Positions 38,186-51,869 of a stretch of 64,000 bases of DNA are shown here, piece after piece. The translations under genes and the position numbers were made by a program. The notes under the pieces are model-generated. The model made no database searches, was not told the DNA's origin, and was given only the letters and a program-made list of their open reading frames with translations. Numbering within the stretch: position 1 is the first letter of the stretch; each line of letters opens with the position of its first letter. The DNA comes from Eledone cirrhosa (Eukaryota): positions 77,872,001 through 77,936,000 of the forward strand of contig OZ024747.1 in NCBI GenBank assembly GCA_964016885.1. Direction: 5' to 3'.

Positions 38186-39616
38186 TTACACCTACCTTCC
38201 TTTTTCTGATTACAAGCTAAGGCAAGACAGAAAACCAAAACTTACCTACCTATTATTGCAAGTTTACCTTCTCCACAACACCAATGTTGTCCGAGGGAAA
38301 AACAAGGGCCATTAGAGCTTCACACAGGTGTTGCCATGAGTGGATATGCGCTACAATTTATGTACTTGTCATGTTTATCGCACATCGAAGTTTTCTTACC
38401 ATTTTATGAAACATATATACACACATACAAACATATACACAGGGACACATACACACAAAGACCTCTACAGACATGCACACACACAGACACCACACACACA
38501 CATGTATGTACATCCAGCCAAACACATACACACATATATAGTATCACAATTGTGTCACAGATAAGTCTTGTCTCAAGTACTTAGCATAAAGAGAGTTGCT
38601 AAGGAGTTGATGGTAAAATATTCCTTGTTTTATGATCGGGGACCCTCATTAGCATAGTCCCCCCGCCCCATGCTAATCTGTGTATGTGGTGACATGCTGC
38701 CAGTAAAAAAACAAATACTTATACTAAAATATAAAATTTATAGTTTAGCAGAAATATTTACTAGAAATATTTATAGTATAAACATTTCTAAGAAAATATT
38801 TCTTTAGTATGTGTTAAACTAAAGAAAATGTTTTGTAATTAAGGCTAACTAGGCAGTCAGCTACAGCCCAGACCTCTAATTGGTCCTCTAATTTCTGATG
38901 GGGTCGTAGGGACACCGTATTGACATATGGCATTTCTTGGACATTTTAAGCCTGGCAGAGCCCAACCATCTCCAGATTTTGTCAAATTAAATTAAATATA
39001 AAACAATTTCCTGCAGTCAATAAATAAATTATTAAACATCTTTGTCTCTTAGCAGTATTGCGGAAATATCCAAAGTGATAGAAAAGATGATATGATGTTA
39101 TGACCAGTCACTTGAGTTGACGTGGGTGAATGTTGACTGTGTAGTAGAAAATGCAGGCTAAGTAATGTTCTTAGTGTGGTCAGAACAAGAAGTGTCTCAG
39201 AATATATGTTTGTCAGCTTGCTAAACTGTAAATTGAAATTATTTTATTTCAGAGAATGGGGCGCATAACTGGGAGAAGGGGGCGCACATTGTAGAGCTGG
39301 CCTAAGGTACTAAATACCGAGGTGACGGCTCTGCATAATAGATTACATACACACGTGACTAAATACTTTTCTGACTACACACTCACGTGACTAAATACTT
39401 ACGTGACTACCTAGTTGTTTAAATGTTAATGAAAGAGTGTTGCCTTAGGCTAGAAACCAATTCTTTCTCTATTGGTGAGAACATTATAAAATAAAACTAG
39501 AACATACATACATGTATACATACATACATACATACATACATACATACATACATACATACATACATACATACATACATGCATGCATACATACATACATACA
39601 TACATACATACATACA

Positions 39617-39646
<30 letters not shown>

Positions 39647-39647
<1 letters not shown>

Positions 39648-42600
39648 GGCGACCGTTGTGGTCAGTGTCCGATAATCGGACGTGTGTAATTACGGCTTAC
39701 ATGAAGGCAACATACCATATATTGGAAAAAGTTGAGCTACATTACGCGGTAAGATTACATACAATAATTCTACATAAGTGTTTGAACTGTAAGTGTGTTG
39801 TAAAACACCTATTTATATGAACGATACATACACTTATGATATATGAACGATACATATACTTTAACATATAAATGCAACGTTGTTATATTACATTTATAAA
39901 GAAATATAAAAGTAACGTTTTCGATTCAGAAACAAAAATATAAGTGTTTGAACTGTGAATGTTGTGAATATGTTGTAGAACACCTATTTATATGAATGAT
40001 ACATAAACTTTAACATATAAATACAGCGTTGTTATATTATATTACATTCGTAAAGGAATATACTAAGTAACGGTTCTTTTTGTTCTCGATTCAAACGATT
40101 CAAGAACAACGTTTAAAACACAGTTGTAGAATTAAAAACTAACTGAAAAGAAATATTACCCAAGCTGTGAATAACTTTAAATTTGATTCTGACAGAACTT
40201 TGTCGTAACTTTTAAAGAAGATCATCGACTATTTAAAAAAAATAAATACAAAATATTAGTGAATAGACGAACTCATCATGGCAAAAAGTACAAGTCTCCT
40301 TCGACCAAATCGCAATTACAACCGTTGTATACAGTGGAGCTGCGAGCTTAACAAAGAATTATATGAAGCATACAAACAATCTGAACCTCAAAAGTTCGGT
40401 TTTATGCAAAGGCTAAAAACTTTATGGAACTCCAAACACCCAGAATTAGACTTTTCTCCAAAGCATCTAAATGAACAGGCAAAACGTATCATTAGATGTA
40501 AATTGATACATCTAACGGAATCGAGTGATACTACAAATACAGCCCTTGTAGACAAGCACCCCACCTCCACTGACAGACAAAGAGAATGGCCAGCTAAATC
40601 TAACAGTGAACAGCTCACCAACAATTTTGCTGAAATCCATCCCACTTCCACTGAAGAACAGCGAGAAAGGTCAGCTGACTCTAGTAGTAATTGTCACCAC
40701 ATCAACAACGAGGCTGCAATTCATGACTCTACTGAACAAACAGAGCACCAAAAACTTGTGGGCACCCTACAAGTGATATGGAACGATATGTTTCAAGAGA
40801 TACACAGCCTTAATGTGAGTGACAGACCATACAACACTAGAGTCAGTAAAGAACCCACTAAATTGGAATTGGAAGCGGTGAACGAAATAGCTGGCAATTA
40901 TCTGAAGGCTATACGATCTAAAGGTGTAGAAACGACATTTGAAACGCTCAATGTTTTGTTATATGTTTCAGCTGTCACATTGCTATCATATAACACACAT
41001 CTAAAACCACGCAATCAAGATACAAACAGAAAGCCTGAACCAGCGTGGATGCGAAATTTAAAAACCAAAATTTTGTCCCTGAGACGAAGTATCTCACACA
41101 TCGCAGTCGTTATGAAATGCAACATAGAGAGAAACTTCACACGACACCAGGAAGACCTAAAGAAAAAGTTAGAGAGACGATTTGGAGATACCAAATTTAA
41201 AACTTTGAACTCCAAATTACACCAGTTGAAACAACAACTCACAGCTACAACAGAAAGACTAAAATATAAGTCAACAGCCCATAAACGACAAGTGCTAAAT
41301 AGATTGTTTGCCAGAGATCCTAAATCAGTTTATCGCAGCTTCGGTGGCAAAAGCTCAATCCCTGTAAACGACACCCCTTCAAAAGAACAGGTTGAGAACT
41401 AATGGAGATCTGTATGGGAAACGGATGACGGATTCAACAGACAAGCTAATTGGCTAAAACAACTGGAACAGGACTACTGCCAACATGTCCAGACAAAACA
41501 ATATGACATAGATGGGTCAATACTGGAAACAGCTCTACAGAAAATGTCGAATAGGAAATCGCCAGGCCCAGACCTCATTACAGGATACTGGTTGAAGAAT
41601 TTCACTTTCTATCGGCAAGATCTCATACGGCTGTTTACAGAAACCATTAAGGGCACACAAGAACTGCCCAGATGGTTATCAACTGCCACTACTCTCCTCA
41701 TTCCCCAAAATAGCCAAACCACCCTTGCTAAAAATTACCGCCCAATTGCCTGCCAAAACATCATGTATAAATTATATACTGGGTGCCTTAACCTGTTCTT
41801 ACAGGATCACTGTGCTACCAACAACATCATAACACCTGAGCAAGCTGGTGGAAAGAGGGAGGTGTGGGGTTGCATAGATCACCTACTAACTAACAAAATG
41901 ATTCAGGAAAAAACAACAAAGAATCGCAGAAACATGACTGTCGTGTGGCTGGACTATCAAAAAGCATTTGATAGTGTACCTCATGGGTGGATTATTAAGG
42001 CTTTACAGTTAGCTAAAGTCCCACAACCATTAGTAGCTGCTGTTGAACGCCTGACCAAGAACTGGTACACCAATTTGATCCTTAGAGGTGAGAAGGAGCA
42101 GGTTAAGACTGATAGGATACATTACCAGAAGGGCATCTTTCAGGGTGATAGCTTGTCAGTACTACTCTTCGTTCTCTCACTGAATCCACTATCTTACCTA
42201 CTCAGGAAACAAGGCGGACAAAGAAGTGGGCCCAGAAGTATCTCCCATCTTTTCTTTGTTGATGACCTGAAGTTGTATGGGCCAAATATCAATGACATCA
42301 AGAAACAATTGGACCTCATTACACAATTTTCAACCGACATCAAAATGAAATTTGGTGAGTCCAAGTGTGCATATTTGGCAGTAAAACGTGGAAGAGCTGT
42401 GCCCTCCTCTAGAAATCTAGATATGAACGGCCTGACAATACAACCTCTGCAGTCAGGTGACAACTACAGATATCTTGGACAGGATGAGAATGTCAGATAT
42501 GATGGACCCATAAATAAGGAGAGAACCAGAACTGAATACCTCAGAAGAGTAAAAAAAATATGGTCATCAGAACTGTCAGCATACAACAAATACATTGCCC

Positions 42601-43868
42601 ACAATACCTATGCTGTGCCAATTCTAACGCCAACATTTGGCCTACTGAACTGGTCATTGCAAGAACTAAGTGAGATGGATGTTAGAACTCGAAAACTTCT
42701 CAGTGTTACTGGGAACTTTAACATCAATGGTGATGTGGATAGGCTATACTTCTCACGCAAGGAAGGTGGCCGGGGTCTAAAATCAATATTAACAACATAT
42801 GAGACCCGGATAGTAACACTGAAGCAACACCTTCAACAGAGGAAAAAGGTTGGCGACCATCTTGCTCAGGTTTATGAGCATGAAAAAAGAAATATCATTA
42901 GAATAGCGACTGATCTGGAGGAGAGATATGGAATAAAGCCTGATATAAATCTCTCACCCAGAGAAATCGGAAGATCCTATTCAATGTTCAAACAAGAAAA
43001 AAAAATTGACCAATTTACAGAGAAAGTTGTGCATGGATACTTGAGGCGTAAAACACAGACCATAGAGGGGATAAACCACTCAAAAAGCCTGGCATGGAGT
43101 TCCGACAAGTTTATGACATCACACCTTGAGGGATATCTCTATGCAATACAGGAACAAGAACTCCCTACCAAATATCTGCTGCACAAAAGAGGAGGACCAG
43201 CAGCTGACAATAAATGTAGGCTATGTAAAACAAAGATCGAGGATGTAAGCCACATTGTTGCCAGCTGCGAAAGAATGTCATCTCGCTACTACCTCCCCAT
43301 GAGACACGATGGGATAGCTAGAACTATCTGGAACGCACTTCGGAAAACAAAATTAACAACAAACGAGGAAGAATATATTGAGACAGATGGCACTAAAGAA
43401 TACTGGTGGAACCTGAAAATAAAAACTGCCACCAAATTAAAGCACAACCGGCCTGATATTGTAGTTTGGGACCACACATTGAAAACGTGTTCTGTTGTGG
43501 AGATCAGCTGCCCACTTGATGTAAACGTTGTCAGAAAAATACAGGAGAAGGAGGACATCTACGGACCATTGATGAGGAGCTTACAAATCCAGTATCCAAG
43601 ATACACCTTTAGCTTCATACCCATCATTATTGGTGCTACGGGTTATATACCAACCCGCTTGGACCAAAGTATGACCGAACTTGGATTTGCGGACAAAAAG
43701 CGCAGCTCCCTAATTCATAGTCTACAAATGGCTGCGATAGCTGGCACCTTCAAAATATGCAAAACATTCTTGCGATTCAAGGGATGACAATTTCTTTTCT
43801 TTTACAACCTTGCCACCAGGAAGGTGGCCGGTCAAAAAAATATACTCGAAATTAAGAGAAAGAGAAAA
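39647..43868 (+). mobile_element. Apparently full-length RLE-encoding non-LTR retrotransposon (R4/Dong-like) in (CATA)n
   Basis: 630-nt 5' UTR, single long ORF, 80-nt 3' UTR with hairpin gccacc-aggaa-ggtggc; (CATA)n on both sides. Confidence 0.92.
40278..43787 (+). pseudogene. R4/Dong-like polyprotein (Myb-like, RT, CCHC, RLE), 1170 codons including the terminal stop, one premature TAA at 41400-41402
   Basis: ORFs 40278-41402 and 41544-43787 are in the same frame and the gap is open. Motifs KSPGPD, NYRPIAC, GIFQGDSLS, FVDDLK, GGRGL, CRLC..H...C, RHD, HNRPD, EISCP and IIIGATG. Confidence 0.92.
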
Positions 43869-43934
43869 CATACATACATACATACATACATACATACATA
43901 CATACATACATACATACATACATGTATACATACA

Positions 43935-43968
<34 letters not shown>

Positions 43969-43974
43969 CATGTA

Positions 43975-44008
<34 letters not shown>

Positions 44009-44030
44009 CATGTATACATACATACATGTA

Positions 44031-44064
<34 letters not shown>

Positions 44065-44320
44065 CATGTATACATACATACATGCATACATACATACATA
44101 CATACATACATACACACATACATACGTACATACATACGTACATACATACATACATACATACATATATACATACATATATACATACATACGTACATACATA
44201 CGTACGTACATACGTACATACGTACGTACGTACATATATACATACATACATACATACATACATACATACATACATACATACATACATACATACATACATA
44301 CATACATACATACATACATA
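43869..44320. repeat. (CATA)n microsatellite with variants
   Basis: Direct. Confidence 0.97.
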
Positions 44321-44460
44321 ATGGCTGCGATAGCTGGCACCTTCAAAATTTGCAAAACATTCTTGCGATTCAAGGGATGACAATTTCTTTTCTTTTACAA
44401 CCTTGCCACCAGGAAGGTGGCCGGTCAAAAAAATATACTCAAAATTAAGAGAAAGAGAAA
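44321..44460 (+). mobile_element. 140-bp 3' end of the same R4-like element reinserted in (CATA)n
   Basis: Near-identical to 43728-43868. Confidence 0.92.
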
Positions 44461-44476
44461 ACATACATACATACAT

Positions 44477-45078
44477 GGTGGCTGCCAACTCGTTTTCGAG
44501 TACGGCCACTACTTTATATCCATGTAGGAGAACCCCTACCAATGCGCTGAACGAGTGTGACTTTTTAGTCCAGCCAGCGACTTGAAAACTCTGGTACAAA
44601 CACTACACTTGTGACAATTATTGACACATAGTGCTGGGCCCATGGTACCATGTGACGACAAGTGTAGAGAGATCTCCAGATATAAAGCAATGCCTGTGCT
44701 GTGAAGCTTTTATAGTGAGCAAAGGCACTGCACAAAGCCAGTCCCACTCTCTTCACCAAGATGATATTTACCAAAAAGAAGAACAATTCAACATCATTGG
44801 ATACCATCAGGGTTGCAGGTGTTATATCAGAGTTTTCCTTCTCCTAGAATTCTGCCTTGACAAAGGCTAAGGGGTCATCTCTCCCGGTGATTTTGGATGG
44901 CTATTGACTCTTAAGAGCCCCTTTGCCTTTTGACAGGTTTTGTTTTTAGTCCTGCAGGATGTCCAAAGCCACCCTCCTCACCAAGAAACCTTGGTGGGGT
45001 TGCCAGTTTAGTCGCCAACGACCCGACCATGAGACAGGTTGTACTGTGTCAGGTCACCAGTTGGTGCTACTGGTAACA
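44477..45078 (-). mobile_element. Short non-autonomous RTE-derived element, copy 1 (terminal 32 bp inverted)
   Basis: Matches 47908-48516; C2H2 remnant and (ATGT)n tail on minus strand. Confidence 0.75.
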
Positions 45079-45145
45079 CATACATACATACATACATACA
45101 TACATACATACATACATACATACATACATACATACATACATACAT

Positions 45146-47710
45146 AAGTGAAGGTACCCTTGAGACTATGATAGGAAAACTCCAAGATAAGAAAACACCA
45201 GGAAGAGACATGATTGTCGGCTACTGGTACAAAAAAACTAATATTCTATCGGAGGTATCTTACTGACTTCTACCAACAAGTTCTTAAGGGAGATACACTT
45301 ATACCAGAATGGTTGACATTAGCACAAACGTTACTGGTCCCCAAGAACAAAGACACCCACTTGGCAAAAAACTACCGACCCATTGCATGCCAGAACCTGA
45401 TGTATAAGATGTATACAGCCTGTCTGAACCTATTCCTCCAAGATCACTATGAAAATAATAACATCATCACAGATGAACAAGCAGCTGGAAAGAAAAGGGT
45501 TTGGGGATGTGCTGAACAACTCCTAATCAACCAAACTGCGATGTCGGAGGTGCGACAACTTAGGAGGGATATGGCTACAGTCTGGCTGGACTACAGGAAA
45601 GCTTTCGATTCTGTTCCCCACTCTTGGATGATAGAGGCCCTCCAACATGCTAAAGTCCCAGACATTATTGTCAGAGCCATAGAGAGGCTGTCTTCTTCTT
45701 GGGCTACTATCCTAAAGTTAAAGACAGGGAGAGAGGACTCTATTTTCACTGATAAAATAAAATATCGTAGGGGTATATTTCAGGGGGACAGTCTCTCTGT
45801 GATATTATTCATCTTGTCATTAAATCCCTTGTCCTTTCTGCTCAAGAAATGTGAGGGATACATCATTGTCTCACAGGAGGACAGAAATACGAACCTAACC
45901 AATAATTTCTTTGTGGACGATCTGAAACTCTATGCCAAGAACATGGATGGGATGAAGAGAAATCTTGACCTGGTTACAACGTTCTCAAAGGATATAGGAA
46001 TGGAGTTTGGCCAAGATAAATGCTCATACATGACTGTAAAGCGGGGAAAAACAACAACCCAATCTAGCAACATTGTCATCAATGGTCTAACTGTTTCACC
46101 GATATCTGATGAGGACTGCTACAGATACCTGGGGATAGATGAGAACATATCCTATAATGGTATCTGTAATAAGGAACGCGAAACCAGGGAATACTACACC
46201 CGATTAAGAAAGATACGGTCATCGGAACTCTCTGCGCAAAACAAAACAGTGGCTCACAATGTGTTTGCTGTGCCTGTACTAACACCAATATTTGGACTAC
46301 TCAATTGAACGATAGACGAAATCCGAGCAGTTGATGTTGGAACTCGAAAAATACTAAACAACACCGGAAACTTCCACATCAACAGTGACATAGACCGCCT
46401 TTACTTGAAACGTAAGCAGGGAAGCAGAGGCCTAACATCAGTCCAGACAGCATTTGAATGTCGCATCATATCCCTCCGACAACATCTACGAACCTCGAAG
46501 CGTAGGAGCCCGTTTCTCGAGCAAATCTATCTGCATGAAACAGATAAGATCATGAGAGTTGGGAAGCAACTCCTCGAGAGATATTCTCTGTGTGATAATC
46601 AAAACTCACACCCAGGGAAGTCGCTCAGCAGTATCGCAGTGAATCCATGGATGAAAAACTGCATGCTTATCAGCAAAATATCATGCATGGATATGTTGCC
46701 AGGAAGCTGCAGAGAGAGAGAGAGAGTAATATAGATAAGGAAAGTAGTCTATCTTGGACCAACAACCGCTATATTGGCTCCCACTTTGAAGGATACGCTT
46801 TTGCAATCCAAGAACAGGAGATTAACACGAAATACCTGATTCACAAAAGAGATAGGGATGCAGGCAAAACACCTAGATGTGATAACAAGTGCAGACTCTG
46901 CAGAACTAACATTGAGGTTATCACCCATGTCATCAGCAGCTGTCCAAAGATGTCATTGCGGTATTATCTACCTATGAGGCATGATGTAGTGGCCAAAACA
47001 CTGTACAATGCAGTTCGTAAAAAAATAGCCCTAATAATAAACGCATTAAAAGCTACAGCACTGTGGAAGACATCCACGTACATAATATGAAAGAGTACTG
47101 GTGGAATGTTCCAGTAAAAACCCCAATAAAATGCAGGCATAACAGACCAGATATTATGATATGGGACAGGGAGAAGAAAGCATGCACAGTAGTGGAAATT
47201 AGCTGCCCAGCAGATGTCAATATAATATCAAAGATTAGTGAAAAGGAGAATATTTATGCAGAACTGATGAGAAATCTGCAGATACTCCACCCTGATTACA
47301 CCTTCAGATTTATGCCTGTGATTATTGGGGCACTGGGGTATGTTAGTAACTGCCTCAATACAAATCTTGAGAATCTAGGCTTCACAGGAACAGAAAGAAC
47401 ACAACTAGTTAGGAAATTACAAGTACAATCCATTAATGGAACAGTAAAAATATGTAAAACATTCCAAAAATGTTGCATCTAATAATTGCATATACACATG
47501 TACAGATACAAAGCATATACACATGCACACATACAACTCAAAACATACACATCCACACATACAATAACATCCATATCTACACATGCATGCATACATAATC
47601 TACCTAGTTGATGTGTAAATTCCAATGAGAGAGTTTTGTATCTATGTTAGAAACCGACTCCCTCTCTATTGGGAAAAAAATTTGTGAAATTATAAAACCA
47701 GAAGAACACA
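45146..47710 (+). mobile_element. Second, divergent R4/Dong-like family, 5'-truncated and disrupted
   Basis: ORF pieces 45214-46308, 46405-46734, 46647-47090 and 47063-47482 with RT, CCHC and RLE motifs; (CATA)n-type flanks. Confidence 0.92.
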
Positions 47711-47907
47711 CATACGTACGTACATACAAACATAAGTACGTACATTCATACAATTTACGTACGTACGTATATACATACTTACATCCATACATGCATACAT
47801 ACATACATACATACATAAGTACGTACATTCATACAATTTACGTACGTACGTATATACATACTTACATACATACATGCATACATACATACATACATATTTA
47901 TATATAT

Positions 47908-48516
47908 GGTGGCTGCCAACTCGTTTTCGAGCACGGCCACTACTTTATATCCATGTAGGAGAACCCCTACCGATGCGCTGAACGAGTGTGACTTTTTAGT
48001 CCAGCCAGCGACTTGAAAACTCTGGTACAAACACTACACTTGTGACAATGATTGACACACAGTGCTGGGCCCATGGTACCATGTGACGACAAGTGCAGAG
48101 AGATCTCCAGATATAAAGCAATGCCTGTGCCGTGAAGCTTTTATAGTGAGCAAAGGCACTGCAGAAAGCCAGTCCCACTCTCTTAACCAAGATGATATTT
48201 ACCAAAAAGAAGAACAAGTCAACATCATTGGATACCATCAGGGTTGCAGGTGTTATATCAGAGTTTTCTTTCTCCTAGAATTCTGCCTTGACAAAGACTA
48301 AGGGGTCATCTCTCCCGGTGATTTTGGATGGCCATTGACTCTTAAGAGCTCCTTTGCCCTTTGACAGGTTTTGTTTTTAGTCCTGCAGGATGTCCAAAGT
48401 CACCCTCCTCACCAAGAAACCTTGGTGGGATTGCCAGTTTAGTCGCCAACGACCCGACCATGAGACAGGTTGTACTGGGATACATGTTACCAGTAGCACC
48501 AACTGGTGACCTGACA
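47908..48516 (-). mobile_element. Short non-autonomous RTE-derived element, copy 2
   Basis: Minus frame 48044-47967 reads HKCSVCTRVFKSLAGLKSHTRSAHR*; no RT; microsatellite flanks. Confidence 0.75.
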
Positions 48517-48586
48517 TAATATACATACATACATACATACATACATACATACATACATACATACATACATACATACATACATACAT

Positions 48587-49062
48587 GGTGGCTGCCAACT
48601 CGTTTTCGAGTACGGCCACTACTTTATATCCATGTAGGAGAACTCCTACCGATGCGCTGAACGAGTGTGACATTTTAGTCCAGCCAGCGACTTGAAAACT
48701 CTGGTACAAACACTACACTTGTGACAATGATTGACACACAGTGCTGGGCCCATGGTACCATGTGACGACAAGTGCAGAGAGATCTCCAGATATAAAGCAA
48801 TGCCTGTGCCGTGAAGCTTTTATAGTGAGCAAAGGCACTGCACAAAGCCAGTCCCACTCTCTTAACCAAGATGATATTTACCAAAAAGAAGAACAAGTCA
48901 ACATCATTGACGGGTTTTGTTTTTAGTCCTGCAGGATGTCCAAAGTCACCCTCCTCACCAAGAAACCTGGGTGGGGTTGCCAGTTTAGTCGCCAACGACC
49001 CGACCATGAGACAGGTTGTACTGGGATACATGTTACCAGTAGCACCAACTGGTGACCTGACA
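48587..49062 (-). mobile_element. Short non-autonomous RTE-derived element, copy 3 (internal deletion)
   Basis: Same termini as copy 2; lacks the segment equivalent to about 48230-48360. Confidence 0.75.
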
Positions 49063-49067
49063 TAACA

Positions 49068-49099
<32 letters not shown>

Positions 49100-49102
49100 C
49101 AT

Positions 49103-49905
49103 CCTAAAAATTAACAACCACCACCAAATTAAAACACAAGCGACTTGACATTGTTGTTTGGGACCATACATTAGAAACATTGTCTGTTGTAAAAGTCAGC
49201 TGCCCAGTTGATGTCAATGTGGTAAGAAAGATACAAAGGAAGTAGGATACCTACGGACCATTGACGAGGAGTTTGCAGGTCCAGTACCCAAGATACACGT
49301 TCAATTTTATGTATGTATGGTCCAGTAACTCCTGATAGAGTCGTAAGACAGAAGGCGTTTCTTGGGCATTTTAAGCCTGGCGGAGCTCATCCATCTCCAG
49401 GCCTGAGTACAGTAGATTTCTTCCAGTGAAAGATAGGAAGTTAGAGAGAGGAAATGAGAAAGAGATATAGAGGAAGAATCGACCCCAGTACATTACTGGT
49501 ACTTTTCATTATCGACCTCGAAAGGATGAGGCAAAGTTGACCTCGGTGGGATTTGAACTCCGAGAGCAGAGAGTCGGAACGAATGCCATAAAGCTTTCTA
49601 TTCGACGTTCTAACGACTCTGCCAATTTACCACCTATTATTATTGGAACTACAGGATACATATCAACCCGTCTGGACCAAAGTATGACTGAACTTGGATG
49701 CTTGGAGAAAGAACGCAACCCCCTAATTCATAATCTTTAAATGGCCACGATATCTGGAACCTTCAAAATCTGTAAAACATTCTTAAGATTGAAAAGATGA
49801 ACGATTGTACATGGACAACAGAAAATTCCTTGTCTTTACAACCTTGCCACCGGGAAGTTGGCTGGTTCAAAATAAACTCAAAATTGAGAAGGAAAAAAAG
49901 ACAAA
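49103..49905 (+). mobile_element. R4-like 3' fragment (RLE plus 3' UTR) split by a later insertion that includes a SINE (about 49309-49631)
   Basis: 49103-49308 and 49632-49905 align with 43412-43868. Confidence 0.8.
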
Positions 49906-49939
49906 ACATACATATATACACATACATATATACACACAC

Positions 49940-49997
<58 letters not shown>

Positions 49998-50030
49998 ATA
50001 TATATATATGTGTGTGTGTATATATATATA

Positions 50031-50099
<69 letters not shown>

Positions 50100-50217
50100 G
50101 TGCCCTTGGGTGTTTTCGTTCACACATATGTCAATGGTGATCGTGTGAGTTTGTAAGTTTGTGAATTCTTGTATATTGCGAATGGAGTGTATACGTGCAT
50201 GCTGACAACATCAGTAT

Positions 50218-50277
<60 letters not shown>

Positions 50278-50290
50278 ATATTTATAATAA

Positions 50291-50333
<43 letters not shown>

Positions 50334-50649
50334 ACACTGTAAGTAGTGTAACTGTTTATATTTCTTAATCCAGAGAAACAACAATGAAGAAATTGTAACT
50401 AATAAAAATCTGAATAATGACCTTCTGACCTTTGACATGTTGATAAACCCAACTTCTCGTCACCACCGAAACACACAGATATCTTCACTTAACGTAACAA
50501 AAAGCTGACAAGCTATAAATATATTTTCTTATTTACGGAGGGGCGTAGCTTAGTGGTTAGGGGGAGGGGATTGCCCTCACGATCGTAAAGTCGTGGGTTC
50601 GATTCAAAGCAGGTTTAATTTTTTTTCAGCTGGAAAAAATGAAGGTATT

Positions 50650-50815
50650 AGCGTCAGACACCATGCTTTTTAGTATAGAGTTACGGCCCTTTGAGTTCTG
50701 AGTTCAAATCCCGCTGAGGTTAACTTTGCCTCTCATCCTTACGGGGTCGATAAAATAAAGTACCAGTAATGTACTGGGGTAATTTCTGGCCTTGTGCCAA
50801 ATGTAGAAACAATTA
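50650..50815 (+). mobile_element. tRNA-derived SINE copy
   Basis: B-box and core consensus as above. Confidence 0.8.
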
Positions 50816-50943
50816 TAGAAAGACATCCAAACCGGTTTCAGTAATAATTTTTTTTTCTTCGTGTACTATCAATTAAACTTACTATCTAATATGGTGCAAT
50901 AATATAATTGTCTCTCTTTCTCTCTCTCTATATATATATACAG

Positions 50944-51066
<123 letters not shown>

Positions 51067-51495
51067 AAGAGAGAGATAGTTGATAAAAGAAACAAAACAA
51101 ACACAGGGATGCAAAAATACAAAGTCATGGTTCACGCTTGGAGTAAGTGGAGGAGGGTTCTACGTTTCGAACGGAAGTCTTTCAGCAGAAAAGTTCGGAT
51201 AATACAGAAATTATTAATTAATCTTTTTGTTTTTGCTTTGTTTTGGCAGCTATGGCGAATGAACAATGAAGTAGTGTAGTGTTGTAAATGACAAAGAAAG
51301 AGAGATTCCGAGGAACCGATTTTGAGAGCTGGTTTTCTTATAATGTAATTTGTCCTTATAAAGAGACCACGTCACCAATATCATTTGGGAATAAAATAAT
51401 ACAGCATACGTCACATACAACACACAAACAGACAAAAAGTTGTGGTACACGTCATCAATATATGTGGATTTCAACTTTCATAAATATACGTATAT

Positions 51496-51543
<48 letters not shown>

Positions 51544-51644
51544 GTGTAGATATTATACACTCACACACACGTATATGTATATATGTATGTTTGTATATGT
51601 ATATCTAAATCTATATCTATATGTGTGTATACGTGAGTGTGTAT

Positions 51645-51708
<64 letters not shown>

Positions 51709-51778
51709 ATACATATACACATACAGTATTTTTCATGCATATTCTTGCGTGAAGCTGTAGAACTTTTTTGCCATAAAT

Positions 51779-51869
51779 ATGGGTCTGGACTTCTACGATA
51801 AACTCCACACACGTATTGCCTGGAAATTAAGGCAAGAGAATTACTTCTTCCACCCAAGATATGAAGATG
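51779..51869 (+). CDS. Candidate exon 1 of an unknown basic protein (MGLDFYDKLHTRIAWKLRQENYFFHPRYED)
   Basis: ATG 51779; donor G|gtatgt in phase 1, matching the acceptor at 52796. Confidence 0.45.

Noticed and set aside
43722-44599. YVCM/YIHT ORFs
   Set aside because: Translations of (CATA)n.
48425-48516. Canonical HDV, twister or pistol ribozyme in the short RTE derivative leader
   Set aside because: P2-, P4- and J4/2-like pieces exist, but there is no P1 partner and L3 is too short; twister and pistol cores do not match. Kept only as an unspecified structured leader.
50538-50606. tRNA-like sequence
   Set aside because: No acceptor stem closure; degenerate SINE head.
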